The notes: generated from the letters alone by a model not told the origin. DNA of 64,000 bases from an uncultured Candidatus Saccharibacteria bacterium (GCA_964399295.1 CAYNQD010000002.1:27859-91858); one strand, 5' to 3'; shown: positions 18,735-27,679, counted from the stretch's first letter. Made by a program: numbers and translations.

Positions 18735-20525
18735 ATGAGCATATTTGACCAATTCAAACCGAATAACAACCAAACTCCAAAGATCAGCGATCAGCTCTTG
18801 ACTTTGGTCGACGTGGTGGCTCCTTCCGCCGTCAACATCACTCCACGAGGAATAAATTTAAGCGGGGTTGAGGCTAGAGTACTCTACGCTGTATCTTATC
18901 CTCACTATTTGAATGCCAGCTGGATGGAACCGGTCTTAAACATAGACAAGGAAATTGACGTTTCCATATACATTCACCCCATCGACACTGCTGAGAGCTT
19001 GAAAAAATTTCAAAAAAAAGTAGCTGAGGTGCAAAGCCAGATCAACATAAAAGCTGAGAAAGGCGAGGTTCGTGACCCGCAACTGGAAGCAGCCTACCGC
19101 AACCTGGAAGAACTGCGCGACCGACTACAACAAGCGGAAGAAAAACTTTTTAACGTCGGCTTTTACATTGCCATTTATGGTAATGATGAAAAAACTCTAA
19201 ATAAAGCTGAAAATGATATCAAGGGTATCTTGGACTCCAGACTGATTTACCTTAAGCCGGCTTTGTTTCAACAAGAGCCGGGTATGCAAAGTATTTTCCC
19301 CACGGCTACAGATAAGCTCTTGGTTCACAGCAAATTCAACTCCTCACCGCTATCAAGCTTCTTTCCTTTTACTTCTTTTGACCTCACTTCCGATACCGGT
19401 ATTCTTTATGGTATCAACCGCCACAATTCTTCCTTGGTTTTATTTGATCGTTTTTCTTTGACCAACTACAACTCAGTTACCTTCGCCACTTCCGGTGCTG
19501 GAAAATCTTACGCTCTGAAGCTCGAGATTTTGCGTTCGCTGATGTTTGGTACGGAAGTAATCGTACTTGATCCAGAACGAGAATATGAATATTTGGCCGA
19601 AGCTACCGGTGGACGTTTCTTTAATATTTCTCTGTCTTCAGATCACCACATCAATCCCTTTGACTTGCCACCGCCACAACCAGATGAAGACCCGAGAGAT
19701 GTGCTTCGGACTCATATTATTGAATTGATTGGTTTATTTAGACTGATGCTTGGGGGATTGGCGCCGGAAGAAGAGACTATTCTCGATCTCGCCATTCAGG
19801 AAACTTACGCCTTGCGTGACATCACCGGCGACGCTGATTTTTCAGAACAAGAGCCGCCGCTACTTTCAGACTTTGAGATGGTACTGGCCGGTATGGACGG
19901 CAGCAATTCACTGATTACCCGCCTGCAAAAGTACACTTCCGGTACCTGGTCTGGCTTTATGAACAAGCCCACCAACGTCGATATCAATCAAAAATTCGTG
20001 GTTTTCTCTTTGCGCGACATGGAAGACGAGCTAAAGACCATCGCCATGTACATCATCACCAACTTCATTTGGGGTTCTGTGCGCCGACGCATGACCAAAA
20101 GACTGTTAGTCATTGATGAGGCTTGGTGGATGATGAAATCAGAAGATACGGCTTCATTTTTATTCAGTCTAGCCAAGCGCGGTCGAAAATATTACTTGGG
20201 CATAGCCACCATCACTCAAGACGTGGACGATTTCTTACGCTCTCCCTACGGTGTACCAATGATTACCAACTCCTCAATTCAATTCCTAATGAAACAATCC
20301 GCCACCGCCATTGATAATATTCAAAAAACCTTCAACCTCACCGATGAAGAAAAGTTTTTGCTGCTGGAATCAAACGTAGGGGAGGGGATATTTTTTGCCG
20401 GCCTAAAACACGTAGCCGTAAAAGTAATCGCTTCCTACACTGAAGACCAAATCATCACCTCCGATCCATCACAACTTCTGCAAATCAAGAAAGCCAGAGA
20501 AGAATTGCAACTGTCCCGCTCATAA
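18735..20525 (+). CDS. VirB4/TrbE/CagE-like T4SS ATPase, ATPase domain ORF
   Basis: 596 aa from the ATG at 18735. Walker A FATSGAGKSYALK, Walker B LLVIDEAWWMM, and DPEREYEYL/GIATITQD motifs typical of VirB4-family ATPases. Confidence 0.75.
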   Translation: MSIFDQFKPNNNQTPKISDQLLTLVDVVAPSAVNITPRGINLSGVEARVLYAVSYPHYLNASWMEPVLNIDKEIDVSIYIHPIDTAESLKKFQKKVAEVQSQINIKAEKGEVRDPQLEAAYRNLEELRDRLQQAEEKLFNVGFYIAIYGNDEKTLNKAENDIKGILDSRLIYLKPALFQQEPGMQSIFPTATDKLLVHSKFNSSPLSSFFPFTSFDLTSDTGILYGINRHNSSLVLFDRFSLTNYNSVTFATSGAGKSYALKLEILRSLMFGTEVIVLDPEREYEYLAEATGGRFFNISLSSDHHINPFDLPPPQPDEDPRDVLRTHIIELIGLFRLMLGGLAPEEETILDLAIQETYALRDITGDADFSEQEPPLLSDFEMVLAGMDGSNSLITRLQKYTSGTWSGFMNKPTNVDINQKFVVFSLRDMEDELKTIAMYIITNFIWGSVRRRMTKRLLVIDEAWWMMKSEDTASFLFSLAKRGRKYYLGIATITQDVDDFLRSPYGVPMITNSSIQFLMKQSATAIDNIQKTFNLTDEEKFLLLESNVGEGIFFAGLKHVAVKVIASYTEDQIITSDPSQLLQIKKAREELQLSRS

Positions 20526-20538
20526 ACACCTATAATGT

Positions 20539-21375
20539 ATGGCTACTTATCCAAATTCAAATATACGCAACGTTAAAAAAGTTGACCGCCAAAGAATCAA
20601 TGATGATTGGGAATATTTGGAGGAGCCGGCTTTATCCCACAATCCCAGCACGGATGAACTGTTTAACAAGACCTACAAAAGCAGTGGTTTGCAAGCCACC
20701 ACCTCTTCCAATATCAGAAATCCTAAAAAAATTAACTCGGAGGCAGGAAACGATGCTACAACAAACACCTACAAAGCAAAATCATCTTACGGTCAAACAT
20801 ATAATGATTTTGATAGTTATGACGACGATTATGGACCGAAAGCAAAAGATAAAAAAGTAAAGATACCTGGCGGAAGAACTTCACCAATTCTTAGACTGAA
20901 AGCCAATATAGAAGCTTCCCGGATTATATTTTGGGTGGGTCAAAAATATATAATGCTCCAACTTCCTTTCGCGATTTTATCGATAATCGGTCTGGGAGCA
21001 TCACTTTACCTGTCGGGAGATTTTAGTAATTCCGGCAATTCCACGAGTACTGGTTTGGTTGATAGTGCCGTGAGCGCTGTGGTTGGTGCCACCGACATCG
21101 TCGTTAGGGGAGTAGCCAATTTCTTTGGAGCTGGTTATTTAACTTTTGCGCTATTTGCCATTCCTCACATGTTTGTTCTCTCCCTAGGAATTTTTGTCCT
21201 TATGACTGTTTATATTCAGTTTACAATGAAATCAATAAAACCCCTATCCGGCGACCACGCCAGCGCAAAGATAGGAACTTTCCTCCTAGCGATACTAGGC
21301 TTCGCCATTCCCATATTAAATTTATTTCCCATTATTTTATTCTGGATATTCACAGTTAGGAAATACCCAAAATAG
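20539..21375 (+). CDS. hypothetical membrane protein (disordered N-terminus, four C-terminal TM helices)
   Basis: 278 aa. The hydrophobic C-terminal half was read directly. Confidence 0.45.
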   Translation: MATYPNSNIRNVKKVDRQRINDDWEYLEEPALSHNPSTDELFNKTYKSSGLQATTSSNIRNPKKINSEAGNDATTNTYKAKSSYGQTYNDFDSYDDDYGPKAKDKKVKIPGGRTSPILRLKANIEASRIIFWVGQKYIMLQLPFAILSIIGLGASLYLSGDFSNSGNSTSTGLVDSAVSAVVGATDIVVRGVANFFGAGYLTFALFAIPHMFVLSLGIFVLMTVYIQFTMKSIKPLSGDHASAKIGTFLLAILGFAIPILNLFPIILFWIFTVRKYPK

Positions 21376-21422
21376 GTGGTTAAGGTGGTTTTTTTGGATT
21401 TTAGTTTGTTATTATAATAACC

Positions 21423-22379
21423 ATGAGATACTTTATATTAATTTTAGTCGCATTAATGCCTTTAGATTTTTCTAGTGCCCAGATTAGTTCTGAGCCCGGA
21501 CAAATGGGAGTGAGTATAGTTTTGGAAAACGACAATATTAAACCCTTCTCCGCCAACACCGCTTCTTTGGACAATTACTCTCTATCACTTCAAGTTACCA
21601 ACATCAGCTGGAAAATTGACGGCCGAACAATCCCTGAAGCCCAAAATCAAAGGTCTGTTGAATTCACTTCTAAAGACGTCGGTCAGACTACCACTATTGA
21701 AGTGACAGTTGAAACTTTTGAAAAACTCAACTTCTCAGCCAAAAGGATCGTTACACCCATCTATTTGGACATAATATTTGAACCCCAAACCAAAACCCCA
21801 AGTTTTTACAAAGGTCGAGCATTGCCTAGTATTTTTAGCACCGTAAATTTAACCGCCTTGGTCAACGGCACTCCAGACAATGCTAATAATTACATTTACA
21901 ACTGGTCACTAAATGACACCAATATCACCGGCGGTGCTTTGCGAGGAAAGTATAAAGTATCAACCGAAGTACCGGCCGGCTACCAAAACGTCATTGTCCT
22001 GTCTGTCAGCACTCTTGATGGCATACCAGTCGCCAGTCGCAGCTTGGCTCTTAGTTCCGTGGAGCCAAAATTATTATTTTATGAAACCAACACTCTGCAC
22101 GGAATCAAAAACATCCCCATCAGAGATTCCCTAAACCTAATCGGCAACAGCGTTAGCGTCAAAGCTGAGCCTTATTACATAGATATAAACACCTACAATA
22201 AGCCCGGGCTTTTGGAGTGGAAAGTTGATGGCATCAGAAGCCCGAGCAGCGGAAACAATCCTTACGAAGTAACGTTGTCTAAGCAAGGACTAAACGGAGT
22301 ATCTAATGTTAATTTTCACGTCCGAAATTTAAACAACTTTATACAAGGAACCCAAGGTAGCTTTAAGGTAAATTTTTAA
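21423..22379 (+). CDS. hypothetical secreted protein
   Basis: 318 aa. Signal peptide MRYFILILVALMPLDFSSAQ. Beta-rich, with two internally similar segments. Confidence 0.45.
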   Translation: MRYFILILVALMPLDFSSAQISSEPGQMGVSIVLENDNIKPFSANTASLDNYSLSLQVTNISWKIDGRTIPEAQNQRSVEFTSKDVGQTTTIEVTVETFEKLNFSAKRIVTPIYLDIIFEPQTKTPSFYKGRALPSIFSTVNLTALVNGTPDNANNYIYNWSLNDTNITGGALRGKYKVSTEVPAGYQNVIVLSVSTLDGIPVASRSLALSSVEPKLLFYETNTLHGIKNIPIRDSLNLIGNSVSVKAEPYYIDINTYNKPGLLEWKVDGIRSPSSGNNPYEVTLSKQGLNGVSNVNFHVRNLNNFIQGTQGSFKVNF

Positions 22380-22385
22380 AAATAT

Positions 22386-23564
22386 ATGAATAAGCCAATT
22401 TTTATCATTATCGGAGCAATCATTATTTTTATATTGGTTTTGGTTTGGGCGTATTTAATGTTTTTTGGCACCCCCAAAAACATGCAGGATATTTTTGCTG
22501 ATTTAAATTTTCAAGAAAACTTAGAGGATGTCTCTATTAATGTTGTTACTGAGGATACTGTCGTTAATGTAAACAGGCCAGCCCTACGCCAACTAACCAC
22601 CAGACTGGTAGCGGGCTTTCGTGAAATAGACGCACCACCAACCGCCGATTTACCAACAATATACTACACAGAAATGGGAACCGGACATATTTACGCCATC
22701 AATCTTGAGTCTGGCGAAGAAACGAGAATATCAGGTACCACGGTTGTCGGTGTCAACAGCGCTTCCATTTCACCAAAAGGTGATTACGTGGCTTACGGCA
22801 TTGCCAATAGCAGCAAAAACATTAAGCTACTACTTGGAGAAATTAGCACCAGCAGTGATTTGGTGGCGGAAGAAATCAGCACTACTATTGATAAATTTTG
22901 GATCAATGACAACGGTAATGAATTGCTTTACACCACCAGGGAAGAAATTGGTTTGGTGGCATATTCATACAACCTAGCCAATTCCACCAAGAGAAATGTC
23001 TTTTCATTACCTTATCACGAAGCGTTGATACAGTGGGGAAGCACGGCCACGGCAGCGCATTATGTTTATCCAAAGCCAGCTTATTTATTTGAGGGTTATT
23101 TATCCGAAATAACCGGCAATAAAATTAAGCGTTTGCCGGTTGATGGCTACGGATTTTCCGGTTTGGCCAACAAAGATATCGTGGCGTACAGCACTTTGGA
23201 CAGACAGGATGTTAAGAGCTACATCTACAACAAAACCAACAACACCCACAACCCATTCCCTCTACAAATTAATTTTATGCCAGAAAAGTGTATTATCTCT
23301 AAAAATAACAACAACCTAATCTGCGCCTACGACACCACCGCCAAAATGGCTGAATTCCCCGACAGCTGGTATCAGGGGGTGACTAGTTTTAAAGATTCGT
23401 TGTGGCTGGTTTCTGGAGATGCTCTGTCGGCCCAATTCCTAGTGGACACTTTCACCGCCAGCAATCGCGAGATTGATATTACCGATTTAAGCATTGGCAG
23501 CAGCGAACGAGCGGTTTATTTTATAAACAAAAACGATAACACTCTTTGGATGTATGAATTATAA
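22386..23564 (+). CDS. hypothetical secreted/signal-anchored protein
   Basis: 392 aa. N-terminal TM IFIIIGAIIIFILVLVWAYLMFF. Confidence 0.45.
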   Translation: MNKPIFIIIGAIIIFILVLVWAYLMFFGTPKNMQDIFADLNFQENLEDVSINVVTEDTVVNVNRPALRQLTTRLVAGFREIDAPPTADLPTIYYTEMGTGHIYAINLESGEETRISGTTVVGVNSASISPKGDYVAYGIANSSKNIKLLLGEISTSSDLVAEEISTTIDKFWINDNGNELLYTTREEIGLVAYSYNLANSTKRNVFSLPYHEALIQWGSTATAAHYVYPKPAYLFEGYLSEITGNKIKRLPVDGYGFSGLANKDIVAYSTLDRQDVKSYIYNKTNNTHNPFPLQINFMPEKCIISKNNNNLICAYDTTAKMAEFPDSWYQGVTSFKDSLWLVSGDALSAQFLVDTFTASNREIDITDLSIGSSERAVYFINKNDNTLWMYEL

Positions 23565-24261
23565 AACTTTACTACTATTTATAATTTTAGTCGCTCCGCT
23601 GTCGGCTTTGGCTCAGGGTTATGTGTCACTAGTTTCTATTCCTGGAGTTAGCGATCCGACAGGTGGGGGTTTTAACGACTACATAAACGCCCTCTACGTG
23701 CTGTCTATCAGTATTGCCGCCTTATTGGCTGTTATCAAGATAATCATCGCCGGCGTAAAGTGGATGTTGTCTGATGTCGTGACCAGCAAGCAAGAAGCTA
23801 AAAGTGACATCTGGGGAGCCACCATCGGCTTACTAGTCGTTATCTCGGCGGTTTTGGTACTAAATGTAATCAACCCACAGCTAATAGAGTCAGATATCGT
23901 ATTTACCAAGCCACACGAATTCCAATCACAGTCACCTACATTTAGCAAAACTCGGCCTGCTCTGAGCCCTGGTGATACAGAGACAGTTATGAAACTCGAA
24001 GACCATCAGAAGTGTGTACATGATATACAGGGAGAATGGTACGTAGAAACAGATGGTCTTAATAATTACCAATATTGGTGTATTAAAAAAGCCAATAAAG
24101 CTTTCTTGAACCCTGAGCAGTTTGCTTGCAACGCCACAACTCAGACCTGTGACTCTAACGACAAGTTTGCCTGTGAAAGTAATTTCAACGGTATATGGGA
24201 ATATCCTTATATAACTGATATGGGAACTGCACAATACTATAGGGCTAAGTGTGTTTATTAA
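23554..24261 (+). CDS. VirB2/TrbC-topology pilin-like protein with cysteine-rich C-terminal domain
   Basis: 235 aa. Signal peptide (..PLSALAQG) then two hydrophobic helices separated by a charged loop (..LLAVIKIIIAGVKWMLSDVVTSKQEAKSDIWGATIGLLVVISAVLVLNVINP), which is the classic T4SS pilin topology. C-terminal about 110 aa contains 8 Cys. Confidence 0.45.
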   Translation: MNYKTLLLFIILVAPLSALAQGYVSLVSIPGVSDPTGGGFNDYINALYVLSISIAALLAVIKIIIAGVKWMLSDVVTSKQEAKSDIWGATIGLLVVISAVLVLNVINPQLIESDIVFTKPHEFQSQSPTFSKTRPALSPGDTETVMKLEDHQKCVHDIQGEWYVETDGLNNYQYWCIKKANKAFLNPEQFACNATTQTCDSNDKFACESNFNGIWEYPYITDMGTAQYYRAKCVY

Positions 24262-24278
24262 CCACATCTAGTTTAGGC

Positions 24279-24317
24279 ACCAAAAGCCCCGCGCCTTAGG
24301 CGCGGGGCTTTTGGTGT
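24279..24317. terminator. bidirectional GC-rich hairpin terminator (caccaaaagccccgcgcc-ttag-gcgcggggcttttggtg)
   Basis: Lies between convergent stops of the pilin-like gene and yidC. Confidence 0.7.
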
Positions 24318-24352
24318 AGGGTAAAAGATATCCAAAGTTTACCAAACACCTC

Positions 24353-25087
24353 CTAACGATGATGTTTTTTGATGTGTAGTTCTTGCAAGATGGCCACGAT
24401 ATTACTGACAAAAAAGTAAAGGGCGATGGCGGCGGAAATGAAATAAGAAACAAAGAAAATTATCACCGGCATAACATAACGCATTTGCAATTGCATGTTA
24501 CGCATAAAGTCTTCCTTTAAGTCCGGAGCCTTATTTGGATCTCTGGGCGGTAAAGCCGGCATAGCGAGCTTTACCTGATAATACTGAGTCACTCCAGCCA
24601 ACAGCGCCAAAAAAACACTCTTGCCGGAAATATCAATCAAACCAAGAAAATCCATACTCACCATACCAGGTGCGGCCAAGAATGAGTACAAGAGGGCAGT
24701 GTTGATTTCCGGCAAAGCCACACCGCCGCCACTATAAACCGAAAAGTACAGCGCGATGATGATTGGTATTTGCAACAACATCAAAAATATAGTGGAAAAA
24801 GGCTTGATGCCGGATTCGCGATAAAGCTGCATCATTGCTAAGGCTTGTTGTTCGCGGTTGTCTTTGTGGGTTTCTTTTATTTCTTTTAGCTTTGGCTCGA
24901 TCTCACGCATCACACGCTGCGTGCGTGCGGACTTTATGGAAAGAGGGAGCAATATCAGCTTCAATACCACCACCATGGCAATGATAGCCAGACCAACATC
25001 TCCACCAGGAATAACTTCGATAAAAAATATCAACCCGTTATAAACCGGGTCGAAAAAAAATGTATGCCAAATATAATTCATGTCCAC
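24353..25087 (-). CDS. yidC: membrane protein insertase YidC (short form)
   Basis: 244 aa, 5 TM, conserved YidC/Oxa1 core. Canonical position downstream of rnpA. Confidence 0.8.
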   Translation of the reverse strand: MDMNYIWHTFFFDPVYNGLIFFIEVIPGGDVGLAIIAMVVVLKLILLPLSIKSARTQRVMREIEPKLKEIKETHKDNREQQALAMMQLYRESGIKPFSTIFLMLLQIPIIIALYFSVYSGGGVALPEINTALLYSFLAAPGMVSMDFLGLIDISGKSVFLALLAGVTQYYQVKLAMPALPPRDPNKAPDLKEDFMRNMQLQMRYVMPVIIFFVSYFISAAIALYFFVSNIVAILQELHIKKHHR

Positions 25088-25097
25088 TATTTTACCT

Positions 25098-25421
25098 TTA
25101 TTTTAATATCAGTCCAATTTCTTGTTCAAGAACAGCTAATAATTCTCTTTTGGTTAAATTTTTAATGTTGGGTTTGGCAATAACAATATAAACACCGGTT
25201 GTCTCCCCAGTCTTCAAACGACGCACCACCTCGTAAATACGTCTTTTTAAGCGATTTCTGTCGTACGCCTTTTTATAAACCTTTTTTCCCACCACCACCG
25301 CGCACAAAAACTGATCGTTTGGCGTAAATATCGTTGTGGTATAAGGATTATTTATTCTCTTGCCTTGTTTATAAAACTTGGAAAATAAAGAGGAGTTTAG
25401 ACGCTGCGCTTTTTTAAACAT
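25098..25421 (-). CDS. rnpA: ribonuclease P protein component
   Basis: 107 aa, basic, LNSSLFSKFYKQGKRINNPYTT...VGKKVYKKAYDRNRLKRRIYE is an RnpA-like pattern. Lies between rpmH and yidC. Confidence 0.8.
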   Translation of the reverse strand: MFKKAQRLNSSLFSKFYKQGKRINNPYTTTIFTPNDQFLCAVVVGKKVYKKAYDRNRLKRRIYEVVRRLKTGETTGVYIVIAKPNIKNLTKRELLAVLEQEIGLILK

Positions 25422-25504
25422 AAAAAACGATTATAACGCTGTTTTATCAAGCAAACAACCACCAAGGTCAAGACTTGGTGGTTGTTTGAGCTATACAAAA
25501 ACCC

Positions 25505-25654
25505 TTATTGGGCTTTTTTTACCGTCAATTGCGCTCGTCCTTTGCGTCGTCTGGACAATAGGACCTTGGCTCCGGAAGGAGTAGCTGAGCGCACCAAAAA
25601 ACCGTGGGTAGTCGCTCTTTTTCTCTTGCTTGGTTGATAAGTTCTTTTACTCAT
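25505..25654 (-). CDS. rpmH: 50S ribosomal protein L34
   Basis: Manual translation of the minus strand gives [49 protein letters not shown] (49 aa), a canonical L34. It is below the ORF-track size cutoff. Confidence 0.85.
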   Translation of the reverse strand: MSKRTYQPSKRKRATTHGFLVRSATPSGAKVLLSRRRKGRAQLTVKKAQ

Positions 25655-25730
25655 AAATAATATTAGCTATCTGCAAATTACCGACACACTATACATGATT
25701 GAATAAATAATTCAATAGGGCAGGGTACAA

Positions 25731-25808
25731 CCTTGCCCAATCACAAAGCCATTTGCGGAGGGCGGATATTGGGGTGGCGGGCGAAGCAAATGGCTTTGTG
25801 ATTGGGCA
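25731..25808 (+). repeat. GC-rich palindromic element, copy R1: 21-bp inverted-repeat stem (ttgcccaatcacaaagccatttgc / gcaaatggctttgtgattgggca) around core ggagggcggatattggggtggcgggcgaa
   Basis: Read directly. Related copies occur at 38374-38411 and 43354-43438 (core in inverted orientation). Confidence 0.6.
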
Positions 25809-25835
25809 GCTACGTGGTGATGACTAAACTCCAAA

Positions 25836-25855
25836 TTATGCACAAGTTATGCACA
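25836..25855 (+). promoter_or_regulatory. two direct TTATGCACA DnaA-box-like 9-mers (25836-25844, 25847-25855) upstream of dnaA
   Basis: One mismatch from the TTATCCACA consensus, 11-bp phasing. Followed by a tataat -10 at 25936-25941. Confidence 0.5.
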
Positions 25856-25964
25856 GTTGCGTTTTTTGATTTTTAAAAAAACCATACTTTTGGCAGTTTT
25901 TTAGAAAAAAATTTTACAGCTTCCAGAATGCGGGTATAATTCCTTGTATCTCTCTTTCATTGTT

Positions 25965-27350
25965 ATGAACCAAATTTCACATCCGCAACCAACCAACAGT
26001 ATAGTTCGCACCGAACATATTGATATAAAAAAATTATGGGATGACGCGTTGGTAAAAATTGAGCTTTCTATCACCCCAGCCAATTTCAAAACTTGGTTTC
26101 GTGATACTTATATTTTGACACTAGAAGACGGAACGATAAATTTGGCTGTACCGAGCGTTTTTGTGCGCGATTGGCTGCAAGATAAGTTTCAATCAATGAT
26201 TCTTAAAACTCTTCGCGATTTAACCCCCTACGTTCGCAGTGTTGAATACGAGGTTGTCCAGCGCACCGACAGAAGAACCGAGGGCAGCAAAACCCAGACC
26301 ATCAACGCGGCGTTGCCCTTAGAAGAATACTACATAAATAAAAGCGATAATTTAAATCCAAAATATTCTTTTGAAACTTTTGTGATTGGCCCGTACAACG
26401 CCCTGGCTCATACTGCCGCCAAAACCGTTAGCGAAAGGCCGGGAATTGCTTATAATCCGCTGTTTATTTACGGAAAAACCGGACATGGAAAGACCCACTT
26501 AATCCAAGCGGTTGGCAATCAGGTAAAAAAAACCGGCAAGAAAGTTTTTTACGTTACCAGTGAAAGATTTGCTGTAGACTACTTCAATTCTCTCCAAAGC
26601 GGAACCGCCAATAATTTTAAAGACAAATATCGGCAGTACGATGTTTTAATCATGGACGATGTTCAATTTTTGGCCAGCAAGGAAAAAACTCAAGAGGAAT
26701 TATTCCATCTTTTCAACGCCCTGCACGACACCAACAAACAGATTGTTTTCTCTAGCGATATACATCCAGCACTATTATCCGGACTGGAAGAAAGGCTACT
26801 GTCACGTTTTGCTCAAGGCATGATTGTAGATATTCCAGCACCGGATTTGGAATCCAGAGCGGCCATTTTAAAGGCTAAGGCGGCTCAAAACAGCATTACC
26901 TTATCTGACGATGTAGTTAATCATTTAGCCTACACCATTGAAGGCAATATTCGCGAACTGGAGGGGGCACTAAACACCATCATGTGCCAATCGCAACTCA
27001 TGGGCAAAACTCTGTCTCTGGATGAAGTGAAATCAATTATAAAAAATAGCTCCAAACCGAGAAAAACTTTAGCGGTTTCAGATGTAGTTGATAAGGTGGC
27101 TCGTTATTTTGACATTGACCAAGCCAGCATTTACGAAAAAACCAGACGAAAAGAAATTGTAAGGCCGAGGCAGATTATAATGTATATTTTGCGCGAGGAT
27201 TTTCAAGTTTCGTATCCAGCTATCGGTAAAAAACTAGGTGGCCGCGATCACACTACCGTCATCCATTCGTGTGAAAAAATCAAACTGGAATTAAAATCGA
27301 ATTCTGATCTGGAGGAGGAAATTACGCAAATTAGAATGCTTCTTAAGTAA
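25965..27350 (+). CDS. dnaA: chromosomal replication initiator protein DnaA
   Basis: Walker A GKTGHGKTHL, sensor/box VII, and C-terminal DNA-binding domain (QIIMYILREDF...IGKKLGGRDHTTVIHSCEKI). Start at the ATG at 25965, downstream of the -10 element. Confidence 0.92.
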   Translation: MNQISHPQPTNSIVRTEHIDIKKLWDDALVKIELSITPANFKTWFRDTYILTLEDGTINLAVPSVFVRDWLQDKFQSMILKTLRDLTPYVRSVEYEVVQRTDRRTEGSKTQTINAALPLEEYYINKSDNLNPKYSFETFVIGPYNALAHTAAKTVSERPGIAYNPLFIYGKTGHGKTHLIQAVGNQVKKTGKKVFYVTSERFAVDYFNSLQSGTANNFKDKYRQYDVLIMDDVQFLASKEKTQEELFHLFNALHDTNKQIVFSSDIHPALLSGLEERLLSRFAQGMIVDIPAPDLESRAAILKAKAAQNSITLSDDVVNHLAYTIEGNIRELEGALNTIMCQSQLMGKTLSLDEVKSIIKNSSKPRKTLAVSDVVDKVARYFDIDQASIYEKTRRKEIVRPRQIIMYILREDFQVSYPAIGKKLGGRDHTTVIHSCEKIKLELKSNSDLEEEITQIRMLLK

Positions 27351-27679
27351 TATGCTCACATGAGTTATAAACAAAAAACCAACTCTAAGTTGGTTTTTTG
27401 TTTATAACTCTTAGTAAACTATGAATAAGGGTCTTAAGAAATTGTGGGTAAATGGTAGTATAATGCGTATAAGTATCGGTACAGAAACCCAGTTACCCAC
27501 ATTACTTGATTTAAAAAGCAAAGATTATAAACTATCCACAACCTATACTTTTATTCACACCACTAACCCCAAACCAATTGTTGATTACTTTCCCAAAAAG
27601 ACAGTTCAAAATACAACATATTTTTGAGATATGCACACTTCCACACCCCTAATAATAAAGAGTAAAATGTGATTTAAAT
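27351..27679. promoter_or_regulatory. probable oriC: dnaA-dnaN intergenic region with a 21-bp perfect palindrome (27364-27410), at least four DnaA-box-like 9-mers (27443-27451 rc, 27493-27501, 27532-27540, 27551-27559) and AT-rich tracts
   Basis: Motifs read directly. Classic oriC position between dnaA and dnaN. Confidence 0.6.

Noticed and set aside
12362-24261. Interpretation of the T4SS-like cluster as an integrated conjugative element
   Set aside because: No relaxase, VirD4 coupling protein, integrase or flanking direct repeats within the window. It is flanked by core genes (rsmA, yidC/rnpA/rpmH/dnaA).
25378-25584. 68-aa plus-strand track ORF
   Set aside because: It overlaps rnpA and rpmH, which are on the minus strand.
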